A stretch of 38,057 bases of DNA from Lama guanicoe (taxonomy: Eukaryota). Positions 1 to 11,309 of this stretch are shown here, piece after piece; the first letter of the stretch is position 1; each line of letters opens with the position of its first letter. Under the pieces are notes generated by a model, which had not been told where the DNA came from, made no database searches, and saw only the letters and a program-made list of their open reading frames with translations. A program made the position numbers and the translations under genes. The DNA is taken from positions 4,698,645 to 4,736,701 of the forward strand of contig MU053994.1 in the NCBI GenBank assembly GCA_013239625.1, in the 5' to 3' direction.

Positions 1-418
1 AATGTCATTCTAAGTGAAGTAAGCCAGAAAGAGAAAGAAAAATACCATATGAGATCGCTCATATGTGGAATCTAAAAAACAAAAACAAACAAACAAACAA
101 AAACAAAGCATAAATACAGGACAGAAATAGACTCAAGGACAGAGAATACAGACTACTGGTTACCGGGGGCAGGGGGTGGAGGGTGGGAAGGGATAGACTG
201 GGATTTCAAAACTGTAGAATAGATAAACAAGATTACACTGTATAGCACAGGGAAATATACACAAAATGTTATGATAACTCACAGAGAAAAAAATGTGACA
301 ATGAGTGTGTATATGTCCATGAATGACTGAAAAATTGTGCTGAACACTGGAATTTGACACAACACTGTAAAATGATTATGAATCAATAAAAAATGTAAAA
401 AAAATAAAAAAATAAAAA
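1..418 (+). mobile_element. Young L1 3' end (ORF2 tail, 3' UTR, A-tail), cut by the window start
   Basis: Encodes NVILSEVSQKEKEKYHMRSLICGI*, then a 3' UTR near-identical to the copies at 14370-14657 and 18900-19190, ending in AATAAA and an A-rich tail. Confidence 0.95.
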
Positions 419-449
419 GAAATCTACAGAGCTTATTAAAAAAAAAACG

Positions 450-1690
450 AAGTCTCTTTTACATTCTACATAAACAAAAGAGGAACAATTTGTGGGGTAC
501 TCAATGAGGCCGAATGATGTTTGGTTTTTTTTTTTTTTCTGATAACTGAGAAGTAATCATTTCTTTCTTAGAAGAATCCTTTGTATGTATAGCAGTGGAG
601 ACATTAACTCTCCTCAGAGCAGGCCCTCCTTGTTTTGTAGGGAATAAATGAAATGTTCCCTTTTAGCTGCATAGAAGCAAGGCAAATAGGAACTCACTGT
701 CTAGGGAAGAAGATTTGGAGCTCTAGCTCTATTCATAGTCGGGGTAGAATCACCCAGCCTCCACCTCCCAAAACTTGCCCATTACCAGTAACTGTAAAAC
801 TACGTTTCTCTGCAAAAGCCATGGGAAATTTGGCTAGGGACCTTCTGTCATAGAAGAGGTTGAGATCACAAAGTATTTCTTGAAACTCAAAGTTACTAAA
901 ACTCATTTTGGTGGGTAGGAATGTTTCTGTCTATGACCTGGTAATAGAAAAGATAACCACACCTGGATGATAAAACCTTCTTGCAAGTAAAAAGAACCTG
1001 GACCATGATGGTGGCTTCTACACCAGGACGTCCACAGCTGACGGGGAATACGGTTACAGGTTTGTGAAAAGACCTAATGAAGATTCTGCCTCAAAGCTCC
1101 TCCTGCTTGTGGAAGTTGACCCAGGGAAATGCCTTGAGTGGAGATGCTAATTACTAAAGCACTGCAGTTAAAGAACTGTAACTCAGAGACCCAGGCAAGT
1201 CTGGAACAGTCTATAATGTTAGATGACACAGGAGACATTACCACCAGATCGAGAACAGTACGTCAGTCATCAAAGGGAACTCGATAGAGACAGTACTGAA
1301 TCACATGGCAATACAAGTGGCACCCCCTGGAGTTGCAAGCCCGTTCTTGGCTTTTCTCCTCCTCAAGGTATAACAATCCGGATAGGCTCTTAGAACCAAC
1401 TAAACCACTATTCTTGGGCTTATGATAAAAACAGAAACCCAGAAAGAAAGGCGGAACTCCTTGCTAATAGCAATATAGGAAGACAAAAGAGAAGCTCAGG
1501 GCATTGTACTTTGGGACACTGTCCCTGCATCTAATGACATTCAGAAAACGTTATCATATAAAACTATGTTTTCGTACTCCAACAAGAAGCCCTCTAGTTT
1601 GCTTTTAAATGACCTTTCCCGGTTCCTGAGGTTCCTACGTGAATATAGATTTGTACAAGTCACAATCGTCAGGAACATTTCTCTGAATCT
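450..1690 (-). pseudogene. EBLL: Endogenous bornavirus-like L, element 1, C-terminal part (decayed)
   Basis: Collinear minus-strand blocks vs recalled BoDV-1 L: DDCDLYKSIFT* (1670) vs DDYTIHFQHVFTY; PKY (1514) vs PQY; FFNCSALVI vs VFQDSALLM; PWVNFHKQEEL (1126) vs PRINFHSRGDL; RSHHHG (1019-1002) vs RGHHHG; FPMAFAEKRSFTV vs IPHSLAARTHRGFAV; GWVILPRL vs GVIRLDRL; IRPH (515-504) vs IRPH. Stops and frameshifts throughout. Confidence 0.85.
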
Positions 1691-1929
1691 TTTCCCCCAA
1701 GCCTGCTAAAGCAGGATCCTCAGGCTTGGGCGGAGGTAGAGGAGAGGAGGGAGGGACTATTTCTGGGACTCTCCAGGGACACTTTTCCTGAGCTCACAAG
1801 TCTATTTCTCTTTGCCACTCCCTGGCATCAGCCATTTCTCTCCTGCTGTGCTTCTCTGGAGCGGAGATATCAGCCCACTCCTGTCCTCAAGAGGCAATGC
1901 CCTTCAGCTTCTAACAACCTGCTGTCACA

Positions 1930-2100
1930 GGTGAGGGCCCTGGCACTGCCACCCCTTAAGAGAACGTCATGGCGTAACTCACTGAGTTATAGAGAGCCTC
2001 TGTCCCACTGTACCTGGGCTACATTTTCTCAGAAGTGGGGACGATTCCTCTCCCCTCATCTTTGTGTTTGAAATGTTATTCTGGAAATAAAGCTGCATTA
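1930..2100 (+). mobile_element. Degenerate MIR SINE
   Basis: ctgtacctgggctacattttctcagaagtggggacgattcctctcccctcat resembles the MIR core ctgtgcctcagtttcctcatctgtaaaatggggataat. Confidence 0.4.
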
Positions 2101-2945
2101 AGTCCTGAGTCCCAGGCATTTCCATGTGACCATTCTGCTCATTTTTATCTACAGCCTTCTCACCACAGGACTCAGGGATTGATCAGTGCGGGCTGGATCA
2201 AAGGACTGACTGAGTGGTGGCCTATATTGATACTCAAAATCATCCCAATTATTCAAGACAGGGGCATTGTTCTTTGGTAGGAGGGTTGAGATAGTCCAGT
2301 TTGCTCTGAGGAGTTATTTCTCAACAGACTTCTAGGTCCCTCAGTGAGGAAGAAATAGAGTGACCCCTGGCTCCACTGAGCAGGGGCATGAAGCTCATGG
2401 AGAGATGTCACTATACATGCAGAGATGGTATTGTCCCTAGGTCAGTAAAAAGCAGTGGCTACACAACGGGGAGTAAAAGGTGAGGGCGAGTGTCACAGCA
2501 CTCTAGAGCCAGGGTCGGATGCCTTCTGTCAAGGTGAGGGGTATATTGTAAGCACAGGTACTTAGATGGGAATGTGGGAAATACGCTGAAGGGACTACAG
2601 GCTAGATTGATCAGCTTAAGGGACATGGAATGATCCTCAAGGAAAGTGTAGAAGACTTTGCCTAAGAAACATAGATTGTGGTCAAATGGTGGACGGGCTT
2701 GACTATCAGACTATCAATTTGATGTTTTTATTATTTACAGGATTCCTGACCAAATAGTCTTATTTGTAGTCAGGGTCCTAGAACCGTATCTAGTACCTCG
2801 TAAGTATTCAATGCATATTTTGATATTTGTTTATATTATTTTCCAATTTAATTGTGATGGGAAGATGATCCGGACATGTGCTGTGATCTCAAACACCTTT
2901 GTCTCTCACACTTGGCTACAGAAGGCTGAATTATAAAACATTGCT

Positions 2946-3076
2946 GGGAGGGAGTGCACAGCTCAGGCGGTAGAGAGCATGCTTAACATGCATGAGGTCC
3001 TGGGTTCAATCCCCAGCACCTCTTCTAAAAAATAAATAAATAAGTAAACCTAATTACCTCCACCCTCAAAAAAAAA
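2946..3076 (+). mobile_element. tRNA-derived SINE, camelid Vic-1-like
   Basis: Box A (agctcaggcggtagag), box B (ggttcaatccc), tail aaataaataagtaaacctaattacctcc plus poly(A). A related copy lies on the minus strand at 36865-37007. Confidence 0.85.
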
Positions 3077-3519
3077 CTGTTTTAAGTAATAATAAAAAAA
3101 AACAATATGATAGTGTGATCAGAAAGGCAGACATGGCATTTTTTCTGGGCACAGATCAGAATCTTCTTATCCTCGCTCTGCCTGGTGGAATCCAGTAAGG
3201 AAACACGGGTGACGTGACCTAAGCAAGATACGGAAGAGGAAGTAGCCTTTGACCAGCCGCAACAGAAGAACATGTGGAAAGGCAGACAAGACATGAGAGA
3301 AAAAGCAGGACTGCTTGATTAGAAAGGGAACTAGTCCCACCTTAACACCTGTTTTGTTTTGTTTTGTTTCCCTTTAAGGCTCTGCTTTAGAGGGACCTGA
3401 GCCAAGGTTTGTGAGTAGGTAACGAGAAACCAAAAAACCACACTGCTAATGGTTAGACGATGATGTTCCTAACCGAATGTAAACAATGCTCACGGGCTAT
3501 ACACCACGTCCCGATACTC

Positions 3520-3942
3520 TGCAATCATGTTCAGAACATGACGGGGACAAAGCCACTCTGCAATGACACGTGCACACACACATGTGCACCCCATGACTTT
3601 CTGACTAACAGGAATTACTGAGGTTTCTTATCAGTGATAACTCTAGCCCCACTTTAATCCCCCCCCTTCCTAAATAACAAATTCAAAAAGTAACCAATAA
3701 CTGAATTGACCCTGGTTCCTGACGACATCCAAATCAGAACTGGTCCCCATTTCACTGAGTCCACCTCAGGATCATCCAGCACAACCCACATCCTATAAGA
3801 GGCTCCTCCCTATTGCCTCTTACTGAGATGCTCCTTGCTGCAGCAAGCTAAATAGACCTATCTTTATTATTAATTATTATTATCGTTATCATTATTATTA
3901 CAGGTATATCCTAGCAGTATTTGGTCATGGGTTCTACCAACA
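3520..3942 (+). mobile_element. Old LTR remnant (MER54-like, tentative)
   Basis: TATA-like cctataag and a 3' end caggtatatcctagcagtatttggtcatgggttctaccaaca resembling ERVL-class LTR ends. Confidence 0.3.
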
Positions 3943-4380
3943 GTTTATTGAGAAATGCTATTGGGGATCGGGAGTGAGGGACCAGAAGTGGGGTGATGGA
4001 AGGAGGGAAATTCAATATCAGGATAAATTATCTAATTGGTCACTACTATGGGTGACTGATGACTGATCTTCAGGATCTTCTGAGGAACCTTAGAAAATAT
4101 GTCTAAGAATTATCTGTCTAGGGAAGAAAAGAGGGGAGTATTTGCCTATTAGTTCCTGTCCTCCTTTGATCAAGGGACATTCTAATGGTACTGATATCCC
4201 TGTACAATATGAATCAGAGTTGGTAAAGCCCCAGGGTGGAAAGCAAGGAAGACTGAGTGTGCGCTCAGGGCCAGGTGCAGTGTGGTGGCCTCGGTGCAGG
4301 GAGGCTGATGCCTGGCAGGACTGGTGACTACGGCAGTGGTAGCTAGGACAGGAGGTGGAGCCAAGAACATGTGCAGCAAT
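3943..4380 (-). mobile_element. LTR16-like ERVL LTR
   Basis: gtttattgagaaatgc...ggagtgaggga...gaaggagggaaattcaatatcagg matches the antisense LTR16 pattern. Confidence 0.45.
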
Positions 4381-4450
4381 GCCCGAGAGGTCTCTTTGAA
4401 GCCACAGTTCAGTTCTGCTATGAGAAGTAGCATTACCAAATTATCAAAGA

Positions 4451-4956
4451 TATAGCTACAGGGGAATATGCCACCTTGAAACACGCCTCTTTGGCATAAA
4501 GATTAATTTGAGCTGATTATTTTGAGAAACAGCAGGCAAAGGAAGAGCTCTGAAAACTGAGTAGAAGTTACCCTTTTGAAAGATACATTTACACTTGTAA
4601 GGAAACTCTCTATTTGGAAGGATGTGTCCCCCTCTGTACCAGGAAGAGGAAGATGACTCGAAATCACAAGAGAATCTTTTAAATAAGCACAACAAACTTA
4701 CCCTTGTTCACTGTGCTTTTCCTGGTCACCTCCCCATAACTGGCCTCCCATTCACACCCTTCTTTTCTTTTATCTTTAGTCTAGATGGTATTTAAGCCTG
4801 AATTCTAAGCCACCTCACAGAGTTACTCATTTTTCTCTGGTTTTCTCCCATGTAGACACATCAGTACACTTCTGTTTGTTTTTCTCTTGTCAATCTGTCT
4901 TTTATTACAGGGGTCTCAGCAAGGCAGACGGAGAATTATTTTTCCTCCTCTAAACA
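4451..4956 (+). mobile_element. MER34-family ERV1 solo LTR
   Basis: gaatatgccacc...gcctctttggcataa...ttgagctgattattttgagaaacagcag...agtagaagttacccttttg is characteristic of MER34A-like LTRs; ends ttcctcctctaaaca. Confidence 0.8.
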
Positions 4957-5400
4957 GCACCACAAAGTTTCTAAAGGAAGCCCAATCACTAATGAAAATT
5001 AACAAAGAAGATTATAAACTGAGCACGCAGCTTCAGTGAGAGGATAGAAACGAGGAGAGTCTTTAAGGGGTTGGTGGAGAACAGATTTGCCTGAAACTAC
5101 ACTGACACATGCAGCATTAGCAAACATGCGTTTTCTTCCCAGATGTCGTAAAGTTTGCAAAGAGGAGGAGTGAAAGAAAATTTGGGTTATTATTTTAGAA
5201 ATGGATTTTGAAAAGGGAAAGATTTTTTTTAAAGGCTTCTTACTAGAAGAAAACAGCTGACCGCAAAAGTAGGCAGATGTGTCTCTACCACCAAGAGACA
5301 GTTTTAGAAAGGATTCTCCCTTGTTAGCTCAAGTTTATTCTTATCCCTAAGCATGAACTGCCTAGGGGATTTGGACATGGGTTGATTGCAGAATTGCATA
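4957..5400 (-). pseudogene. EBLL: Endogenous bornavirus-like L, element 1, probable capping (PRNTase) region
   Basis: PCPNPLGSS vs DQPLYLGSN; LQTL (5160) lies 28 codons before VLHQ (H at 5076), the same spacing as LNTL to THR in BoDV-1; LT at H+12; FISDWASF vs FSSDYLHSF. Weak identity, supported mainly by position and spacing. Confidence 0.45.
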
Positions 5401-5414
5401 TGTCGAGAGCCAGA

Positions 5415-5660
5415 GTGGCGTAATAGTGGGAAATACACCCTTTGGAACCAGTCTGCCTGTGTTGAAAGACACGGATGTGACATTTAACCAGCTGTCTGCT
5501 AGTGAGCAACTTACTCAGTCCCTCCAGATCTCAGTTCTCCCTGTTAGATGAGGTGAGGATGCCTACCTCACACAAGAGGTAAGAATTACGTGGTAACATA
5601 GGAAAAATTCTTAGCATGGTTCCTAGCACATAATCACTCAAAAGATGTTTGCTCTCAACA
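5415..5660 (+). mobile_element. MIR SINE
   Basis: tRNA-like head, core ctcagttctccctgttagatgagg, and tail cttagcatggttcctagcacataatcactcaaaagatgtt. Confidence 0.7.
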
Positions 5661-6094
5661 TCTTATTATCAGCCAATTTAAAGATTGGCACAGTAGAAAT
5701 CAGAAATCTAATATTTACCTAAATATTTACACTCAGAGTTTAACTTGCTTCGAAATTTTGTTATAAAGAAGAATAGCATTTGCTTAAGTATATTTTAATC
5801 TTTATAAGTTATTGACATAAATGTCCAGAAACCCATAGTTGTACTGTATTACCTAACGTGATTAAGATCCACCATCTTAAATGCTATGGAAAACAACTTC
5901 CTGGCAAAGCAGGACTTTAAGACTGTGGTACAGTGCTGGCATCTGGTGGCAGGAAGTCCTGAAACATGAAATGAAGTGCTCTTATTTAATGCTCCGGGAA
6001 GTAAACTGTCAACACCCAGCACAAGATCTTAGCGGTCTGCTACATTTTAGAACCCTTTCCAAGTTCTAAAATATAAACCAATCCCAGGATTTTA

Positions 6095-6930
6095 ATAGAA
6101 AAGAAACTCCAAATGACTAATCAACATATGAAAAGATGCTTATCTTCCCTAGAAATCAAGGAAATGAAAACAATGAGTTTTTTCTCATTGTTTTACACCC
6201 AACAGATTTTTCAAAAATAAAATAAAATAAAAAGTCTGATAGCAATTCACAGCAATAATATGAAAAAGTGGGAACTCCTAAACATGGCTGGCCAATTTTT
6301 AAGTGCTATTTTGCTGTACAAATAGCAATTTAGCAATATCTAGTAACAGTGAAGACGTGCGTGGACTGCAGCTCAGCAATTCTACTGTGGTGTATATAGT
6401 CTAGAAATGTCTGTGCTCAAGGAAATGTGTTATAAGGCTGTTCACGGCAGCAATATTTGTAACAGCAAAAAAAAAAAAAAAACCAAAAACATTGGAAACA
6501 TCCCAGATGTTCAGCAGTGAGAGGATGGTTAGTTTGTCACATGGTTAAATAGCATAAAGCAGTAAAACTGAATGAACAGTGGCTACATGTATCAACATGG
6601 ATGACTCTTGAAAACAATGGAGTGAAAGAAGCAAACTTCAGAATGATACAAACAGTACACTATGCAAAAATGAAAGCACAATGCTATATTTTACTTTTGG
6701 AAAATTAAACATGTAGCAAAATAGAAAAATACACGGCAGAAGAAAACTCACCAATTTCAACACAGTGGTTGCCTCAGGGGAATGAGGAAAGGGAATGGGA
6801 TTGGGGAGGTGGACAGAAGGAATGTAATTATATCTGCAATGTTTCACTTCTTAATATTGCCAATTTTCTCTAGCAGTTTTATATAAAGTGGTGCTTATTA
6901 TATTCTTGTACTTTTCTGCACATTTATATG
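6095..6930 (+). mobile_element. Old L1 (L1ME-like) ORF2 end and 3' UTR
   Basis: caaatgactaatcaacatatgaaaagatgct... and acatgtatcaacatggatgactcttgaaaac are decayed L1M 3' motifs. Confidence 0.75.
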
Positions 6931-6932
6931 CC

Positions 6933-7826
6933 TACAATGAACGATTATTCAGCCACAAAAAAAAGAATGACATTCTGACATACGCAACAACATGGATGAA
7001 CCTTGAGGACATTATGCTAAGTGAAAAAAGCCAGACACAAAAGGACAAATATTGTGCTATTCCACTTGTATGACGTACCGAGAGTAGTGAAATTCATAGA
7101 GAAGGAGGTAGAATGATGGTTGCCAGGGACTGGAGGGAGGAGGAAATGGGGAGTTGATGTTAATGGGTACAGAGTTTCTGTTTGGGAAGATGCAAAAGTT
7201 TGAAGGAGTAGGAATGAACTAACTTCCCTGATGGTAAAATTGTTTGCTAATTCTTTCTAAGAAATCCTCAGTTTGCTTTCTCTCCCTTACTGCTTTTGTG
7301 CCAAACAACCTCCAGACCTTTCCTTTGCATTCAGTAGCTTTAACCCAGAGGCTAGCCTCCAGGAAGGAGGTAATGGGCTGACAATCTCAGAAGAATGAGC
7401 AGACCCTCCAGAGTTCCTCCCTGAAGCCAGGAAGATCATCGAGGTTAAGAAGAATGCAGCATCCTGTAAAACGCCCTGATAGTTGTCACCTTTTCTGTCC
7501 CATCCAGTTTTTCTATAAAACCTTAAGACTCTAACCCCAAGATGGACTCACAGTCTCTAAGGCATTAGCCTGCTCTGACTCCTCTTTGCCTAACAAAGCA
7601 ATTTAAAGCTTTTCTTTTCTAGTTTTCCCAAAACTCTGCCTCCAAGTCTCAATCCGGTTTTCAGAGTACAGAGGCCCATTTTGCAGCAACAAATTCTAGA
7701 GATGCATGGTGGTGATGGTTGCAAGATAATGTGAATGTACGTAATGTCACTGAATTATATACTTAAAAAAGTGGTTAGGATGGTAAACATCTATGTTATC
7801 TATATTTTACCACAATAAAAAAAAAG
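6933..7826 (+). mobile_element. L1MB-like 3' end interrupted by a solo LTR
   Basis: Encodes ATTWMNLEDIMLSEKSQTQKDKYC; the 3' UTR aaaagtt|ctagagatg is split at 7200/7696 and ends cacaataaaaaaaaa. Confidence 0.85.
7201..7691 (+). mobile_element. Solo LTR, ERV1-like
   Basis: TG...CA termini, TATA-like ctataaaa at ~7513, 4-bp near-duplication agtt/aatt, and a clean split of the L1MB. Confidence 0.75.
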
Positions 7827-7829
7827 TTT

Positions 7830-8620
7830 AAAATCCATACGGCAGCCCCTGCCCTTTGGGCAACCTCTCGAGTGTGGCAGAGAAGTATGTTTATCCATGT
7901 TTGTAGTGGTGGAAAGGTGAGGAGCTGGCTGTAACTAGCATTTCCGCCTTTCATAAAAGCTATAGTAATAGGATAACATCAAGGCTTAGTGTTTGGTAAT
8001 TAAAGATGAAAACAATCTTATTTTACTGCTTTTTGAAATACTAGCTTTTCCTGACCTCTTACCAATAAGGGACTAGGGCCAGCAGTGCCTGCTTATTTTT
8101 GAACAAGGTCTACTCTTCTACTCCTAGACCCCACCCTCAGCAGCAGCAGAGGTATGACTACAATTTCCTGAGGAGTCTTAGTTGTGGTGACAGGATACCA
8201 GAAGATGGCAGCAAAAGACCATCTGCAAGGAAAGTCCTGCCAGATGCCCAGGAGAACGGAGAGAAGTCCTAAGCTGGCTTTGGCTGCTGGGTCCTCACCT
8301 CAATTCGGGACTGAGCTTAGTGTTCTGTCACTGTGTCATAATATCACGCGTGTGGCCAAAAGAGATACACCAAGTACAAGGTCATCAAGATCCAGTCACC
8401 CAAGAAAGGGCACTTCCAAGGTGAGGGGAAGGATGAGAGAAAGATGAAGGTGAACCAGGTCAGTGAAACTCATTGAAAACTAGGTTCTAGACTTGGTGGA
8501 TCCAAAGCTGGGTGAAGCAGTCTCTTCCCATGAAACCTTCAGTCTAGTAGGAGACGTAACCCAGATGTGCTTACATGAGGAAAACCAAAAGGCAGGCCCA
8601 AGGATTTTGGAATGACCCCT
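7830..8620 (-). pseudogene. EBLL: Endogenous bornavirus-like L, element 1, conserved region IV to start of V
   Basis: IPKSLGLP (8613) vs GPSIGGLP; DPPSL (8502) vs DPTSL; SRIEVRTQQP (8310-8281) vs SRIATFFQQP; G*TYFSATLERLPKG (7896-7852) vs GCTYLAAKQLRRLTWG. Confidence 0.8.
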
Positions 8621-8624
8621 GGGA

Positions 8625-9054
8625 TGGGTATTTTGACCTCCAGATCCACTTTCTACCCTTTTCCTGACTGCTTTGCCCTGAGAGGTTGATCTATGTAGAT
8701 TGGAAGCCACAGGGTCTTGAACGCAGTGGGGAGATCAGAAGGGAAAAGATGAGTGCCATTGGGCTTTCAATACTATGACCCTCCCCTGAGAGGTTCCCTT
8801 AGGCTCACCCTGTTGCAGAAGGTCACTGCTCCTCTCACGGGCCTTCCCTACAGGATTCTCTCTCATTCTAGTTTCCAGTAATGGCTCCTTCCCCTTATCT
8901 CTTCTGATCTAGTGGTAGTAATGGCAGCCTCTAGTCTTGCTTCCTGCACCATCTCTTAGAGTGCTCTTCCCTCCACCTATATTTTAATTAAACCCTCCTT
9001 AAATTATCCTAATTTGTGTGCCGTCTGTTTCCCGTTGGGACCCTGCCTGATACA
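8625..9054 (+). mobile_element. LTR33-like ERVL LTR
   Basis: ccagatccactttctaccc near the 5' end; 3' end tgtgccgtctgtttcccgttgggaccctgcctgataca. Confidence 0.75.
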
Positions 9055-9059
9055 ACACC

Positions 9060-9702
9060 TGGATAAATCGTATTCATCCTGTAGACTCTAGACTAGTGAC
9101 TGAACTCAGGTAAAGAAAGATGAGGAATAGTAGGAGTGGTTTACACGGAGGCTATCCACACGTTTTCATCGAGGACCATGAGTACTTCAGTACCACCAGA
9201 AAACAAGTTACAAGGCAAGGCGTGGCAATTCAGTTGAAGCTGAAAACTGGCTAATATGACACGAGGCCCTCTTGATCCAGCATCCAGTGTCCTGAGACTA
9301 GCGCCTAATGTCAGAGAGTGTGTTGGAGACAAGAAGGCAGTTCTTGAAGGGTGTTTAGTGTTTTAGAATTTTGAATATAGTTTCCACCCAACATAGGAAG
9401 TTGAAAGAGTGGTTAGGGCAGAAACTTTGAAATATGGAAACCAGCTATGGGGAATCTACCACAATCCAGGTAAGAGATGAGAATTTGAAAAAGGTTAATT
9501 GCATTTGGGTTTAGAGGGGAAGGGCTGGTGGGGGAAATAAAGTTGGATGCCTGAGCCACCATGAATTTGAAGTATCAGTGAAATAGATATGTCTGTAACA
9601 GAGAACTATGGAGCAAGTTTCCAGATATAATTCTGGGAGTCAGCTGGGGATAGTTTAGAGAAATCACCACTCAAGAAGAGTGCAGAGAGCAGTGGGCAAA
9701 GA
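9060..9702 (-). mobile_element. L2 LINE fragment
   Basis: The reverse complement has L2 3' motifs catctcttacctggatt, aaacacccttcaa, tactgaagtact and gcctccgtg. Confidence 0.6.
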
Positions 9703-9707
9703 GATAC

Positions 9708-10087
9708 CATGATGGTTAATTTTATGTATTAACTTGACTAGGTCAAATTGCCCAGATATTTGATCAAACTTTATTCTGGATGTTTCTGTGAAGATGCTTT
9801 TGGATGAAATTAACACTTAAATCCATGAATTTTGAGTAAAGCAGCTTGCTCTCCATAATGTGGGTGAGCCTCATCCAACCAGCTGAAGACCTAAACAGAA
9901 CAAAAGAATGACCTCCCCAGAGCGAAAAGGAATTCTGCCAGCAGACAGCTTTCAGACTTGAACTGCAGATTTGGGGCTTACCAGCCTGCATAATTATGAG
10001 AACCAATTCCTTACTATGTCTATCTATCTATCTCTCTATCTCTCTATAAATCCTATTGGCTCTGCTTCTCTGGAGAACTCTAATACA
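9708..10087 (+). mobile_element. MLT2-family (ERVL) solo LTR
   Basis: tgatggttaattttatgtattaacttgac ... ctgcttctctggagaactctaataca; 5-bp near-TSD gatac/gatat. Confidence 0.9.
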
Positions 10088-10092
10088 GATAT

Positions 10093-10916
10093 TTATCCCT
10101 CAGATCTTTTACTATTTACATTGAAGCAGGATGGTAACCTTATTCAGGGTAGATGAAAACATCTTTCCTTTCCAACAAGGAACAGAGATCCTTTGCAGCA
10201 AGGGATAGATATAACGCCTGATAGGTATCAGTCAAGCCGAAGACATCCACCTACCTCATTATCCTGTCCTCCATCCAGGAAATGGAGAGCCAGTTTTCTG
10301 TAGCTAACAATTTGGGCTCTAGTGATAACAACAATCAAACAATGACTTGTGATAGGACCATTAAGGCTCCTCCTGATTTCCCACGTACGAATCCTGATAC
10401 CCAAAGAGACTCTCTATCTAAAGGGATTGGTGGAAGAAAATAGGGCCAGCTTCTCCACATCTGATCCCTGCAAAGATAAGGCATAGTGAGGGCATTATCC
10501 TCTTACAGAGAGGCTTTACCATCTCTGGATTCTCTCCATCTCACAAGGCTGAGGATAACAAGGAACCCTAAGCATCCCCCTGCTTGGGATCACTGGTTTA
10601 GGGTACTTCTTCCCAAACTCTAGCATGCATATAAACCATCTGGGGACCTTGTTAGAAAACAATTCTGATTCAGTCGGTCCAGGGTGCGGCCAAGGATGTG
10701 CATTTTAGCAAGTTCCCAGGTGATACAAATGCTGTCAGTCCATGGACTCCAGTTTAGTAGCAAGGTCCTAAAGCACGGGAGGTTACTGATGCCTAACCAA
10801 CTTGTGTACAAAAATCAGTGTAGCCTTCTGAACAATTAGCAACAGGCTTCACATGGTCCAATAGAAGCTTCCGAGTAATAACTGTTTTATTGGTGAGAGG
10901 TGTCTTCTGTGTACAT
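10093..10916 (-). pseudogene. EBLL: Endogenous bornavirus-like L, element 1, N-terminal ~230 codons (interrupted by MER5)
   Basis: ATG at 10916; KTPLTNKTV vs KNPLLGTEV; YTDFCTQV vs YYLLFRQV; W-x6-K...ALTMP (10493) vs W-x6-K...ALTNP; gapless GGALMVLSQVIV*LLLSLEPKLLATENWL vs [38 protein letters not shown] (10163) vs DSINLPHDDY. Confidence 0.75.
10604..10765 (+). mobile_element. MER5A-type hAT-Charlie DNA transposon
   Basis: attctgattcagtcggtccagggtgcggcc...tgcattttagcaagttcccaggtgat...agtagcaagg. Confidence 0.85.
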
Positions 10917-10923
10917 ATTTACC

Positions 10924-11288
10924 TCAGGGGGGCGGGGCTTGCAAGTAAGAGCAGCTGGTTGAAGACTAGACTGGTTGATCAGGAGGGAAGAGGTGAGATG
11001 GCAGGGGTATCAGCAACTCCCCATGTACTTTGTCTTCTAAGATATTTGCTGTATCTTTAAAACTATGAACACAGGGGCCTGACCTTACATGCTTGGCCTC
11101 ATCCACTTTGCACCACAGGACTGCTCTCAATCGGGGAGGCTGCAGATCTAGGGCAAAGTGATTGTGAACATCTACAGGTAATAGCCTCCATTTGTGGTGA
11201 GTTTCCCCCGGCTCCCGGCTCAAACATCTAAATGCGAGAATACGTCTATTACTCTGCATCAGTACCACAGAGGTATCCCTACAGCCAT
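10924..11288 (-). pseudogene. EBLM: Endogenous bornavirus-like matrix (M) gene
   Basis: ORF 10966-11268 and adjacent frames: VGIPLW vs VIVPGW; LSREP vs LSVKEP; VHNHFALDLQP vs LTDYFTIDVEP; AVLWCKVDE vs VNIYFQIDD; SFKD vs VYKD. Ends just upstream of the L ATG. Confidence 0.65.
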
Positions 11289-11309
11289 TATGTGATTACA
11301 TTTATTTTC

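Noticed and set aside
523..538. Poly(T) tract as the poly(A) tail of the viral retrocopy
   Set aside because: L similarity continues past it (IRPH at 515-504), so it is more likely an expanded homopolymer.
1993..2022. RASVPLYLG on the plus strand resembling the L GxxT motif
   Set aside because: Wrong strand for element 1, isolated, and within a MIR-like sequence.
2946..3022. Functional tRNA gene
   Set aside because: It is followed by a SINE tail and poly(A), and a related copy lies at 36865-37007.
9060..9410. Continuation of L (LFQLPML, PCNLFSG) on the minus strand
   Set aside because: The nucleotide sequence fits the L2 3' region better, so the protein resemblance is treated as chance.
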